This document shows positions 1-9,766 of a stretch of 64,000 nt of DNA, in pieces (the first letter of the stretch is position 1; the number at the start of each line of letters is the position of its first letter). The stretch is from Sulfurospirillaceae bacterium (GTDB lineage Bacteria; Campylobacterota; Campylobacteria; Campylobacterales; Sulfurospirillaceae): NCBI GenBank assembly GCA_033723415.1, contig JAWVXD010000005.1, forward strand, positions 1 to 64,000, given 5' to 3'. The translations under genes and the position numbers were made by a program. Under the pieces are notes generated by a model. That model was not told the DNA's origin, made no database searches, and worked only from the letters and a program-made list of their open reading frames with translations.

Positions 1-228
1 AAAATCAACACCTTTGAAGGCATCATCCAGTGAGTTTATATCTCGCACATCTCCGATATAAAATTTCAGCTTATCATTGTTGTATTTCTTTCTCATATCA
101 TCTTGTTTCAACTCATCGCGAGAAAATATTCTGATCTCTTTTATATCCGTCTCTAGAAAATTACGAAGAACGGCATTGCCAAACGAACCCGTCCCGCCTG
201 TGATAAGAAGTATCTTGTTTTTAAACAT
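1..228 (-). CDS. UDP-N-acetylglucosamine 4,6-dehydratase/5-epimerase (FnlA/WbjB/CapE family), N-terminal part; runs off the window
   Basis: Manual translation from ATG at 228: MFKNKILLITGGTGSFGNAVLRNFLETDIKEIRIFSRDELKQDDMR...FYIGDVRD. GGTGSFG Rossmann motif and SRDExKQ motif. Start abuts the upstream stop (TAAATG). Not in ORF track. Confidence 0.85.
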   Translation of the reverse strand, partial: MFKNKILLITGGTGSFGNAVLRNFLETDIKEIRIFSRDELKQDDMRKKYNNDKLKFYIGDVRDINSLDDAFKGVDF

Positions 229-1479
229 TTACAACCTCCCATCTGAACTATTTAGGATAGATTTAACATCATATAGAACTTGATTTTTGTTGTTAAACTT
301 CAGTTGTTTATATTTATCATGAGGTACAGCCAGTACAATAGCTTCATAGTCATCATAATTCACATCACTCTCAAGGGCTAAGGAATATTCAGCTTTTACT
401 TCATCTTTGTCTGCCCAATAATCTGAAATTGCGACATTGCATCCAAACTCTTGGAGCTCCTGGACAACATCTATCACTCTACTATTTCTAATATCTGGAC
501 AATTTTCTTTAAAAGTAATTCCTAAAACCAATACTTTCGAACCTTCTATTTTATGTCCTTTTTTTATCATCAGTTTTACAACTTGATTAGCTATATATAT
601 ACCCATATTATCGTTAAGTCTTCTTCCTGCTAAGATTATCTCTGGATTATAGCCAACTTGTTGTGCTTTGTGAGTCAGATAGTAAGGATCTACTCCTATA
701 CAATGACCGCCAACTAACCCTGGTCTAAATGGTAAGAAGTTCCATTTTGTTCCGGCAGCTTCTAGTACATCATTTGTGTTGATTCCAAGCTTGTTAAATA
801 TGATTGCCAGTTCATTTACAAATGCTATATTGATATCTCTTTGAGAATTTTCTATAACTTTTGCAGCTTCTGCAACTTTTATGGTAGGGGCTAAATGTGT
901 CCCTGCCGTTATGATACTCGCGTAAAGTTCATTTATCTTTTTACCTACCTCTGGTGTACTTCCTGCTGTTACTTTTTTGATTTTTGTAACCGTATGCTCT
1001 TTATCCCCCGGATTAATTCTCTCTGGAGAATATCCACAAAAAAAGTCTTCATTAAACTTCAAGTTAGAAAATTTTTCTAAAACCGGTACACAATCTTCTT
1101 CTGTTGCACCTGGATAAACGGTAGATTCATAGATCACGATGTCATCTTTTTTAAGTATTTTTCCTATTGTTTCACTTGCTTTTATAAGTGGAGTTAAATT
1201 AGGTCTTTTGTTTTTATCGATAGGTGTTGGTACGGTTACAATGAAGATATTGCAATCTTTGATATCATCGGTATTTAAAGTAAATTTCATACCATTAGTT
1301 AGTGCTTCATTTACTTGTGTTTTGTTCAATTCAAGAGTTCTGTCATATCCCGTCTTAAGTTCATCGATTCTCCACTGGGAGATATCAAATCCTACTACTT
1401 TGTATTTTTTTGAAAAAGCATGAGCTAGAGGAAGTCCAACATATCCTAACCCTATGACGCATATTTTATAGTTGTTCAA
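229..1479 (-). CDS. UDP-N-acetylhexosamine 6-dehydrogenase (WbpO/TviB family)
   Basis: GLGYVGLPLA, YSPERINPGD, catalytic GGHCIGVDPYYL, FKENCPDIRNS. Confidence 0.9.
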   Translation of the reverse strand: MNNYKICVIGLGYVGLPLAHAFSKKYKVVGFDISQWRIDELKTGYDRTLELNKTQVNEALTNGMKFTLNTDDIKDCNIFIVTVPTPIDKNKRPNLTPLIKASETIGKILKKDDIVIYESTVYPGATEEDCVPVLEKFSNLKFNEDFFCGYSPERINPGDKEHTVTKIKKVTAGSTPEVGKKINELYASIITAGTHLAPTIKVAEAAKVIENSQRDINIAFVNELAIIFNKLGINTNDVLEAAGTKWNFLPFRPGLVGGHCIGVDPYYLTHKAQQVGYNPEIILAGRRLNDNMGIYIANQVVKLMIKKGHKIEGSKVLVLGITFKENCPDIRNSRVIDVVQELQEFGCNVAISDYWADKDEVKAEYSLALESDVNYDDYEAIVLAVPHDKYKQLKFNNKNQVLYDVKSILNSSDGRL

Positions 1480-2513
1480 TTTTTCTCTCCATTGATGTCA
1501 TTTATATACCATGTTATCGACTCTTCCAAACCTTGTTCCAAGGTATGTGTTGGCTCATAGTCCAGCAATTTTCTCGCCTTATCTATATTCGCATTTGAGT
1601 GTCTAATATCACCAACTCTAAAGTCTCTGTAAATTGGTTTTTTTATCTCTAAACCGGGAAGCTTTTCTTTTAACCTTTTTGCTATAGCTTCATATAAGTT
1701 GTTTAGAGTTTCTCGCCCACCTGCAGCAGTGTTATAGGCTTTGCCAAATGCTTGTGTATTTGTAGTTGTTGCAGCCATTATATTTGCTTGAACAACATTG
1801 TCGATATAAGTAAAATCACGGCTCGTTTCACCATCACCGTTTATATAAACATCTTCACCATTTAAAATTTGTCCTATCCACTTTGGCATTACCGCGGCAT
1901 AGGCCCCATTTGGATCTTGTCTTTTTCCAAAAACATTAAAATATCTAAGCCCTATAGCTTGCATGCCATAACACTTATGAAATACACCCATGTAAAGTTC
2001 ATTTGCATATTTTGTAACGGCATAAGGAGAAAGAAGGTTTCCCGTTCTTTCTTCGACTTTTGGAAGTTCTTCAGAATCTCCATAAACAGAGGAAGAAGAT
2101 GCATAAACAAATCTTTTAACCCCATTATCTTTTGCAGCTGTGAGCATATTTAAAAAACCTGTTAGATTAGCATTGTTTGATACAATTGGGTTGTCAATCG
2201 ATCTAGGAACAGAACCAAGTGCTGCTTGATGTAGAACAACATCTACATCTTTTGTAACAGACATACAAGTGTCAAAATTTGTGATATCGCCTTCAATAAA
2301 TGTAAATCTTTCCCATTGCTCTGATGTTACTGAATTTTTGATATGTTCTAGGTTATATCGATGTCCAGTTGCAAAGTTGTCAAGTGAGATAACTTTTTGG
2401 TTTAGTTTCAGTAATTCTTCCGCTAAATTTGAACCAATAAAACCTGCTACACCTGTAACGAGCCATATTTTTTGGTTAGATTTCAATTCTTCTTTAATCA
2501 TTTGATATTTCAC
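1476..2513 (-). CDS. UDP-GlcNAc(A) 4-epimerase (WbpP/TviC family SDR)
   Basis: TGVAGFIGS, HQAALGSVPRS, YAVTK (YxxxK), LRYFNVFG; GTG start. Confidence 0.9.
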   Translation of the reverse strand: MKYQMIKEELKSNQKIWLVTGVAGFIGSNLAEELLKLNQKVISLDNFATGHRYNLEHIKNSVTSEQWERFTFIEGDITNFDTCMSVTKDVDVVLHQAALGSVPRSIDNPIVSNNANLTGFLNMLTAAKDNGVKRFVYASSSSVYGDSEELPKVEERTGNLLSPYAVTKYANELYMGVFHKCYGMQAIGLRYFNVFGKRQDPNGAYAAVMPKWIGQILNGEDVYINGDGETSRDFTYIDNVVQANIMAATTTNTQAFGKAYNTAAGGRETLNNLYEAIAKRLKEKLPGLEIKKPIYRDFRVGDIRHSNANIDKARKLLDYEPTHTLEQGLEESITWYINDINGEKN

Positions 2514-2539
2514 TTACTTTTTCCTTTGATGCAGCATAC

Positions 2540-2650
2540 TACTTTCCTTGATTTATGCTTTTCTAAATATCATTCACTAATATTAACAATTTCACTCCCA
2601 AAGTTCTCGTTCTCTTTTAAGCCAAATTCATTGCAAACTTTTTGCTTATT
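2540..2650 (-). pseudogene. Eroded 3' remnant of dTDP-glucose 4,6-dehydratase (rmlB/rfbB-like)
   Basis: Minus frame reads QKVCNEFGLKENENFGSEIVNISE*YLEK, resembling the RmlB C-terminus (K.xNELGW.xxENFESGI.KTVEWYLEK) with TGA at the Trp position (2570-2572). Boundaries approximate. Confidence 0.5.
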
Positions 2651-2676
2651 AAAACGAGTATACATTTTTCATCAAG

Positions 2677-2760
2677 TTATGCTGGTTTGTATTTACACAA
2701 ACGTTTTATGACGAAGCGGAGACATGTTTTATTTCTTCCTACTAGGATGAAGCCCTTCAT
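2677..2760 (-). pseudogene. Eroded 5' remnant of glucose-1-phosphate thymidylyltransferase (rmlA/rfbA-like)
   Basis: MKGFILVGRNKTCLRFVIKRLCKYKPA* aligns without gaps to the RmlA N-terminus MKGIILAGGSGTRLYP.TK..SK. Confidence 0.5.
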
Positions 2761-2813
2761 ACAATGATCACCAAAGTAAATGTTTTACAATTTTTATTGA
2801 TTTTTACGTATTT

Positions 2814-3938
2814 TTATGACTCTGATTCTCTGTCTTCTTCCTTTAAGCCTTTCAAAAACTCCATAAAGAATACAAAAACAATTGATACAATAATACCCAT
2901 TATAAAAATGACTGCGATTATGAGCTTTTTCTTTGGTTTCACTGGATACCTATGAATAACATAATTCCCAACCAACGATATATTTTTTATATTTGCTTTA
3001 CTGATTTGATACTCTAAATTGTTTATAGTTTTTTGTAAATCTATCTTTTTGTCTTTTAGCGTGATGTTTATTTGATCTTCTAGTTTTTTTATTTGATCAT
3101 TTTTTATATTGTCTTTTTCTAGTTTGAGACTTGGAATAGTCTCAACTATGATTTTTTCTTTTGCTAATTTTAAGTCTTCTATCTGATTTTCTAGATTCAA
3201 TATAAGATTTTGGTAATTCACCATCTGTATGGAGATAATCATATCCTGTGTTTTATCTTGTATCTGCTTGTCTGCCAAGCTTTGGACAGACCTAGTGTAA
3301 TCATTTAGCTTTTTGTTATACATATCTAATGTTTGTTTTATGGAAGGCAATTTTTTATCCTGTAAAAAATCTATCCGCTGATCTATTCTTACGATTTTTT
3401 GTGTTTTTAGCCTCGTGATATTTCTTTGAATATCTGCTATCTCTATCTCATCAACATGTCTCAGTGCTGTTTTTGTACTATCTATTTGATTTTTTATGTT
3501 AGTTATATAGTTGTTTATTTTTTTTGTAAACATACTTTGAGCATATTTCAAGACCTCTTGATTTTTAGCTAAAGCTTCTTTATTTGAAATACCTTCTGTA
3601 GTAACCTCTATAAAGTTTTTTACATGACTATTTACTGATGCATTGGTAACTAATGAGGTTGTATTTTTTTCATCTTGTCTCTCATCGACATGAAATACTA
3701 CTCTTAATTCTTTGTTTATCGCATCTGGATCTCCGAGTATATTATCCCCTATATAACCTAATTGAATATTTGACTTTACTTCATAGAGAGGAGTTTTAAC
3801 AAATACATAAATAACTGCCATAAATGTCACTATGGTGGTAAAAAGAAGGATAAATTTCTTATGCCGCATTATAGTCTTGAAAAGTTCTCTTAAATCTATC
3901 TCATCTTCTTGGATATGATTTTCTTTGATCTGGTTCAT
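2814..3938 (-). CDS. wzz: Polysaccharide chain-length determinant (Wzz family)
   Basis: EDEIDLRELFKTI N-terminus, TM1, long coiled coil, PVKPKK followed by a C-terminal TM. Confidence 0.85.
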   Translation of the reverse strand: MNQIKENHIQEDEIDLRELFKTIMRHKKFILLFTTIVTFMAVIYVFVKTPLYEVKSNIQLGYIGDNILGDPDAINKELRVVFHVDERQDEKNTTSLVTNASVNSHVKNFIEVTTEGISNKEALAKNQEVLKYAQSMFTKKINNYITNIKNQIDSTKTALRHVDEIEIADIQRNITRLKTQKIVRIDQRIDFLQDKKLPSIKQTLDMYNKKLNDYTRSVQSLADKQIQDKTQDMIISIQMVNYQNLILNLENQIEDLKLAKEKIIVETIPSLKLEKDNIKNDQIKKLEDQINITLKDKKIDLQKTINNLEYQISKANIKNISLVGNYVIHRYPVKPKKKLIIAVIFIMGIIVSIVFVFFMEFLKGLKEEDRESES

Positions 3939-4050
3939 TCTTAACCTTGAGTTATAATAATAATTTGCTTAAAAATATAGATTTTAACTAAACTACGCTT
4001 AGATATTACATAAATCTTGTTTTATCTAATATGTCATTCAGTTTATAAAG

Positions 4051-4135
4051 TGGTGCGACCAGCGAGATTTGAACTCGCACACCCGAAAGCACTACCCCCT
4101 CAAGATAGCGTGTCTACCAATTCCACCATGGTCGC
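4051..4135 (-). tRNA. tRNA-Leu (anticodon GAG), CCA encoded
   Basis: GCGACCATGGTGGAATTGGTAGACACGCTATCTT-GAG-GGGGTAG...GTTCAAATC...TGGTCGCACCA; long variable arm, 85 nt. Confidence 0.96.
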
Positions 4136-4144
4136 GAAAGTTGT

Positions 4145-4168
4145 TTGGGGAGATCTTACTCTCCCCAA
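4145..4168 (-). terminator. GC-rich hairpin between atpE and tRNA-Leu (terminator or processing/stability stem)
   Basis: TTGGGGAGA-N6-TCTCCCCAA perfect 9-bp inverted repeat. Confidence 0.55.
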
Positions 4169-4179
4169 TTTTATAGTGA

Positions 4180-4482
4180 TTATCCTAAGAAAGGATTTGC
4201 GTATAATGCAATCAATGCAACAACAAGTGCATAAATAACTTGTGCTTCGATCATCGCTAGTGCGATAAACATAGTAGTCATAAGCTTTCCGCCAAGACCA
4301 GGATTTCTAGCAGTACCTGCTATCGTAGCAGCTGCAGTATGACCCATACCGATAGCGCCACCAAGTGCAGCAAGACCCAAACCGATACCTGCAGCAACTA
4401 CAGAGTAAGCTTGAACCATAGTGTTGTCTCCTGCAAATGCGAATCCTGCAAGTGCAACCAATAAAAATACAATCTTCTTCAT
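4180..4482 (-). CDS. atpE: F0F1 ATP synthase subunit c, stand-alone, with N-terminal signal-like extension
   Basis: GxGxG-rich helix, ARNP loop, essential Glu in MIEAQVIY; SD AGGAG. Confidence 0.95.
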   Translation of the reverse strand: MKKIVFLLVALAGFAFAGDNTMVQAYSVVAAGIGLGLAALGGAIGMGHTAAATIAGTARNPGLGGKLMTTMFIALAMIEAQVIYALVVALIALYANPFLG

Positions 4483-4505
4483 GAGATTTCTCCTATTATA
4501 AAATT

Positions 4506-4547
4506 ACAAAGTCCGTTCGGCTTGCGTATCCCTACTTATCACTTTGT
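4506..4547 (-). promoter_or_regulatory. Candidate structured cis-regulatory RNA in the atpE 5' UTR
   Basis: ACAAAGU/ACUUUGU closing stem around a GC-rich core GAUAAGUAGGGAUACGCAAGCCGAACGG, starting just after a TAAAAT -10 box (4556-4561). Confidence 0.5.
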
Positions 4548-4593
4548 CGAATGCGATTTTATCTTTTTGTTCGTTAAAAAGTGTTTAAATCCA

Positions 4594-6840
4594 CTATTTG
4601 ACTAATTCTAATTCTATTTTATTTCCATTTTGTTTTAATATTTTTACCTTAACAGCCTGCTCTATAGCTAAATAATCACTGACTTTTTCAACTCTGTGAT
4701 CTGCTATCTTTGATACATGTAGCAAACCATCTATTCCACCAGGAAGCTCAACAAAAGCTCCAAAATCTACGATCCTTTTTACTACGCCGTCAACTACTTC
4801 ATCTTGCACGAACTGAGGAACAGGCTTATTATCTCTGAAGCCACCGCCTCTTCTGTTGTCTCTTCCACCACCCCTGGAGTCTCTTCCACGTGAAGGTTGA
4901 TTAACTATTCCTACGATGTGTTCTTTTGCAGCTTCAACTTTTTCTTTGTTGTCACCGGCAATTTTCACTTCTCCTTTATCTCGATCAAGGTCGATAGAAA
5001 CTTCAAATCTTTCGATGATCTCTCGTATAGTTTTTCCTGCTTGTCCGATGATATCTACTATCTTAGATGGATCAATACTAAAGAGTTCCAATTTAGGGAG
5101 TATAGAATTGTTTACTTTGATATTTTGATCTGCTTCTTCCATGATAGAAAGTATATGATCTCTTCCTTCTTTTGCTTGGTATAGCGCTTCTTTTAGAGTA
5201 TCTCTTGAGATTCCGCCTAGTTTTATATCCATCTGTAGTGCAGTTATACCATCTCTTGTTCCGGCTACTTTAAAGTCCATATCTCCATCATGATCTTCAA
5301 GTCCCATAATATCACTTAAAATAGCATGTTTGTCATTTTCAAATACAACGCCCATAGCAATCCCTGCAACTAATTTGTGAACGTTTACTCCTGCTGCTTT
5401 TAACGCCAATGAACCACCGCAAATCGTAGCCTGTGATGAAGAACCGTTTGATTCTAATATCTCTGAAACTAATCTGATAGTTTGTACTCTATCCAAATCA
5501 ACAGTAGGTTCTAAAGCTCTTCTAGCAAGATTTCCATGACCTAGCTCTCTTCTGCCAGGTGATCTAAGTGGAGAAGCTTCGCCTACTGAAAATCCCGGGA
5601 AGTTGTAATTTACCATAAAATTATCTACTTGGTTCCCTTTTTTAGTAAGAAGCTCATACATCTGTCCATCTTTGTCTCCGCCAAGTGTTACTGTGACCAA
5701 AGCTTGTGTTTGTCCTCTTGTAAATAGACAAGAACCGTGTACGTTTGGCAGTATATTTGTTTCAATAGAGATAGGTCTGACTTCATTTAAAGCTCTTCCA
5801 TCAGCTCTTACTCTATCTTCTATGATCATATTTCTAACAATTTTTCTCTTGTAATCGTTCATAACGTTTTTGACAACTTCTTCATCCCACTCTTCCTGTG
5901 CTGCTATATCGTCTGTCATTATCTTTTTGATTATCAAGTTAAGCTCGCTGGCACGCTCACTTTTTGCCATTTTATTGATCGCTTCTTTCACTTCATCTTT
6001 ATAAAATTCATCGATATAAACTTCAATAGAATCATCAAGTAATTCTTTTTTATATTCAAGTATCGCAGTCTCTTTCTTTATCGGTAAAAATGCTTCTTCA
6101 TACGCATGAGCTCCGCTACTGATGGCTTCTTGTGCTTTATCTATGGCTTCTAGTATCTCATCTTCACTAGATTCGTTTATCATTTGAACAGGCATCATGT
6201 TTTCACTAAGTGTAGGATCGATCATAGGGTCAATTGAGACTATAGGAAGTATATCTGAGCTCATTGTGGCATTTGCTTTCATTTCGATCATAAGTAATTC
6301 TTCTTTTGTTCCGGCAACGTAAAGATCAAGAGTTGAATTTGCGAGCTGAGAATTTGTTGGATTTACGATCAATTCACCGTCTATTTTTCCTATTCTTACT
6401 CCGCAAACAGATTTGTTTACCGGAATGTCTGATACAAAGATAGCTGCACTAGCCGCATTTAAAGCTGCGACTTGAAGATCTACTTCAGGATCACAACTAA
6501 GAACAAATACGGTAAGTTGTGTCGGGTATGCATATCCATCAGGGAAAAGAGGTCTTAAGCTTCTATCTATAACTCTTGAAGTCAATGTCTCAAAATCACT
6601 CGGTTTTGTTTCTCTTTTCATAAACCCGCCCGGGAATTTTCCAGATGCATAAGTTTTTTCTATGTATTGTACTGTCAGCGGTACAAAATTTCCGTCTACT
6701 TGATTGTCGTCTCTTGAAATAGCGGCTAAAATCACTGTATTTTTTATCTTCAACATGACTGCCCCAGCCGCTTGTTTTGCAACTTTACCTATATCATAAA
6801 TCTCTATTTGGTTATTCACTTCGATCTTATATTCCATCAT
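4594..6840 (-). CDS. pnp: Polynucleotide phosphorylase
   Basis: Two RNase PH domains ([32 protein letters not shown]), KH (IIGQAGKTI) and S1 domains. Confidence 0.97.
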   Translation of the reverse strand: MMEYKIEVNNQIEIYDIGKVAKQAAGAVMLKIKNTVILAAISRDDNQVDGNFVPLTVQYIEKTYASGKFPGGFMKRETKPSDFETLTSRVIDRSLRPLFPDGYAYPTQLTVFVLSCDPEVDLQVAALNAASAAIFVSDIPVNKSVCGVRIGKIDGELIVNPTNSQLANSTLDLYVAGTKEELLMIEMKANATMSSDILPIVSIDPMIDPTLSENMMPVQMINESSEDEILEAIDKAQEAISSGAHAYEEAFLPIKKETAILEYKKELLDDSIEVYIDEFYKDEVKEAINKMAKSERASELNLIIKKIMTDDIAAQEEWDEEVVKNVMNDYKRKIVRNMIIEDRVRADGRALNEVRPISIETNILPNVHGSCLFTRGQTQALVTVTLGGDKDGQMYELLTKKGNQVDNFMVNYNFPGFSVGEASPLRSPGRRELGHGNLARRALEPTVDLDRVQTIRLVSEILESNGSSSQATICGGSLALKAAGVNVHKLVAGIAMGVVFENDKHAILSDIMGLEDHDGDMDFKVAGTRDGITALQMDIKLGGISRDTLKEALYQAKEGRDHILSIMEEADQNIKVNNSILPKLELFSIDPSKIVDIIGQAGKTIREIIERFEVSIDLDRDKGEVKIAGDNKEKVEAAKEHIVGIVNQPSRGRDSRGGGRDNRRGGGFRDNKPVPQFVQDEVVDGVVKRIVDFGAFVELPGGIDGLLHVSKIADHRVEKVSDYLAIEQAVKVKILKQNGNKIELELVK

Positions 6841-6958
6841 TTCTCCTGTTTTTGAAAGAGCTTTTTGCCCTTAATTTTTTTTTAAGTCTCTATTATATCG
6901 TTTTGTTTCAGTTTTTATATATTTTTATGCTTAATTAACTAAAAATACAGCATAAAAA

Positions 6959-7234
6959 CTAAAATTTAAATTTGGAAGTATGCCCTTCCTCCGGATATTG
7001 TTTGTATATCTCTTCATCCGTAAAAGAAAATTTAAAATTTGTCATATATCCTTTTAAAAGCTCATATGCTTTGTTGATCTTGGCCATTTTATCTTCGTCT
7101 CCACCAAAATCAGGATGATTTAAATTTGCTAAGTATTTATATTGTTTTTTCAACTCTTTCATATCAATAAAAGAAGGCAGATCCATAATCTCTAGAGCAT
7201 CTTGGATTAAAACAGTTATATCTTTTCGCATCAT
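6959..7234 (-). CDS. Small J-domain (DnaJ-like) protein
   Basis: LKKQYKYLANLNHPDFGG...INKAYELL with intact HPD motif; start overlaps lptD stop. Confidence 0.8.
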   Translation of the reverse strand: MMRKDITVLIQDALEIMDLPSFIDMKELKKQYKYLANLNHPDFGGDEDKMAKINKAYELLKGYMTNFKFSFTDEEIYKQYPEEGHTSKFKF

Positions 7235-9321
7235 ATAGTACTTGCTACATCACTTTCTTTGACAAATTTATAATCAACGCTTCCTATAGGATAGAGATTA
7301 AACAAGATATAAACTCCTTGTTTGTTGATTGAACTATTTCCTGAACTCGTAAGCTGAGGAGTTATGTTTTGACTATACACTATAGAAACATCCCAGCATT
7401 TTTTCTTCTTCTTAAATCCAATCTGCCAATTTTTAAAAAAATTCTCTTTAAAGTCATAATCAATTGAACCGAAGAAAGTATAATTTCTGTAAAAATTAGT
7501 ACTTGCAGAAACCGTCATAAAATTTGTTTTTGTATTTACTCTATTTAGGTAAATCCTACCGACACTGTTTTCATACGTATGAGTTATACTTGCACTATAT
7601 ATATCGTTTGAATACGTCAATGAGTTTTGAACTTTTGAAAAACGGGAAAATTCATACGAATAAAAAATTATATTGGAATAAGTAAGTTTTTTAGAGAAAA
7701 ATACTTTTATATTGTTTTCTAAATCACCGTATTTGTATCCATAATCACTAAAAAAATACTGTTGTTTTAGTGTATGACTGACTTTTTTCTCTCCATTTTT
7801 ATTGTAAAAGAACTCTGCTAGATTAAGTGTTAAACTTTTTTCTTCAGTATTAACAGGAACAAAATCAGCAAAATATCCATTTATCGTCTCCTTACTAGGT
7901 ACGATAAAATCAAGATCTACGTATAGTGTGTGATAAAAATCTTTATATGGTTTTGATAGATCGGTATAAAGTGAAAATTGATGATAATTTCTATAATATT
8001 CACCGTATCCGACCGTTGTCGGACTATTTGTATAATTTACATGAGTCAGATAAATATTTTCAGAGACAGAAAACTTGAGATAATCATCTAGTAAAGAAAA
8101 ATACAGGGTCAAAGGTGCATTTAACTCATATTGAGTTGCATTTAATCCAACTTGTCGTTCATAATTCTTAGCCTTAATATCAACTGAATATAAAAGATTG
8201 TCTAAGAAAAGCGAATTTGTAAATCTGTGATAGTGAAGAGTCGGCAATTCCTGTAAGGTATTATTGTTTGAAATCTTACTAGTATCAATATAATACTTTG
8301 CATACAAACCGTAATAATCTAAATCTTTTTTAAGATAGTAATTAAATGTGGATGTTACTAGATTATCATACGCAGTATTTCCATATGACTTTGTATTTAA
8401 ATAGTCGATGTCATTTAAATATTTAAAATCAAGATATAGCCCATCTTCTGCATCTTTGCTAACCAAATCGCTTATAACTTTGCTTCTGTCATAATTTAAT
8501 TCAAATCCATAATGTTCTTTGTTGACCAAATTATTTTTTTGTCTGTATTTGTCATTTTCTCTAAATATTCCGGTTGTTGCCATAAGTGTAGAATACGGAG
8601 AATCTATATATCGAAGGGTCGCATTGACGCCTTTTCCTCTGGAAGTTCTGATTTGTGGATCAATTTCAACATCATAATCAACTCTTGGAGCAAAATAAAT
8701 CGGCTGCATATAAAAAAGACCTTCTGAGCTTCCAAAACCTATCCTTGGTCTCAGTAGTCCGCTTCTTCTAGTTTTATCCGTTGAAAAAGAAAAATACGGA
8801 AGATAAAGCAAAGGCATATCACCTGCATAAAATACAGCATTGTATATGCTCAGAAAACTATTTTTACGATTTAATTCTCCGGATGAAAAGTTTATCTTCC
8901 AATCAGGATTTTGAACATTACAGCTTGAGACTATCGACTTTTTCGTTAAAAAATACTTTGGATCAGACTTGGCTTCTGAACAACTCATCCAAATGTTTGA
9001 AACATCGTTAAAAAAGAAAAGTGGCTGAAATGATCCGATGTCCGTATTTAAATTTAAAGATGCCCTGCCGGTCTTTGCAGAAAACTCTAAACCTTCCAAA
9101 ACTGTGATATCTCCGTATAGTTGCAAGTCCCCTGTTTTTTGGTTATAGTCTGCTTTATCGGCAGTTATTAAGTATTTTTGAGAATATAATACGACATTAC
9201 CTACGGCATGTATATTAAATCCTATTTTTTTAATATTTTTTGCTAAGACTTCAACGTTTTGCGTAGAAGCAAAGCTCAATGAAAATAATAGTAATAATAG
9301 AAATAAGAGCCTAATTTGCAT
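7231..9321 (-). CDS. lptD: LPS-assembly outer-membrane protein LptD (OstA/Imp)
   Basis: Signal peptide, OstA-like N-terminus, YLPYFSF...RRSGLL, aromatic-rich beta-barrel, late CW. Confidence 0.85.
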   Translation of the reverse strand: MQIRLLFLLLLLFSLSFASTQNVEVLAKNIKKIGFNIHAVGNVVLYSQKYLITADKADYNQKTGDLQLYGDITVLEGLEFSAKTGRASLNLNTDIGSFQPLFFFNDVSNIWMSCSEAKSDPKYFLTKKSIVSSCNVQNPDWKINFSSGELNRKNSFLSIYNAVFYAGDMPLLYLPYFSFSTDKTRRSGLLRPRIGFGSSEGLFYMQPIYFAPRVDYDVEIDPQIRTSRGKGVNATLRYIDSPYSTLMATTGIFRENDKYRQKNNLVNKEHYGFELNYDRSKVISDLVSKDAEDGLYLDFKYLNDIDYLNTKSYGNTAYDNLVTSTFNYYLKKDLDYYGLYAKYYIDTSKISNNNTLQELPTLHYHRFTNSLFLDNLLYSVDIKAKNYERQVGLNATQYELNAPLTLYFSLLDDYLKFSVSENIYLTHVNYTNSPTTVGYGEYYRNYHQFSLYTDLSKPYKDFYHTLYVDLDFIVPSKETINGYFADFVPVNTEEKSLTLNLAEFFYNKNGEKKVSHTLKQQYFFSDYGYKYGDLENNIKVFFSKKLTYSNIIFYSYEFSRFSKVQNSLTYSNDIYSASITHTYENSVGRIYLNRVNTKTNFMTVSASTNFYRNYTFFGSIDYDFKENFFKNWQIGFKKKKKCWDVSIVYSQNITPQLTSSGNSSINKQGVYILFNLYPIGSVDYKFVKESDVASTI

Positions 9322-9766
9322 TAATTACCAATGTTTTTGCGATTTTATCATGCCAAGTTTCTCGTTTTGGATTTGCAAATGCCCATAAAAAACCCAAATA
9401 AAAAAAACTTTCACTTACAATTCTTACAATCCCTCGATTTAGAGAACTTAAGATACTTGGGTTTTCTAAATTTTCTGTCGAAATAATCTTTATCTTTAAA
9501 AGAATTTTACCTGGTGTAGCTCCATAATACCATACAAAGAACGTCTGATAAATGATCTTAAGAGAGACGACATACACGAACATTCCGTTGATCAAGTTTA
9601 TAATTTGTTCATACGTGGCATTTGGCGGGATCATCCCCATATATATAATCACAAATATAGTTGATATCAATACTTCATCAATAGTATATGCCCATGCCCT
9701 TTTTGCAATTGAAGCTAATGTGATATTCTCTCTCTCAAAGGTTTCTATTATCTGTTCATCTGTCAT
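9311..9766 (-). CDS. RDD family membrane protein
   Basis: KRAWAYTID, GATPGK, WHDKIAKTLV. Confidence 0.85.
   Translation of the reverse strand: MTDEQIIETFERENITLASIAKRAWAYTIDEVLISTIFVIIYMGMIPPNATYEQIINLINGMFVYVVSLKIIYQTFFVWYYGATPGKILLKIKIISTENLENPSILSSLNRGIVRIVSESFFYLGFLWAFANPKRETWHDKIAKTLVINAN

Noticed and set aside
2472..2711. 79-aa plus-strand ORF in the wzz-epimerase gap
   Set aside because: Opposite to the cluster orientation; the minus strand is better explained by rml remnants.
3939..4051. Prophage or integrative element at tRNA-Leu
   Set aside because: No integrase and no duplicated tRNA 3' end seen within this window.
4017..4238. 73-aa plus-strand ORF
   Set aside because: Antisense to tRNA-Leu and the end of atpE.
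4180..4482. Na+-coupled ATP synthase
   Set aside because: The c subunit lacks the Gln and Glu-Ser/Thr Na+-binding signature (has Met and Glu-Ala-Gln).
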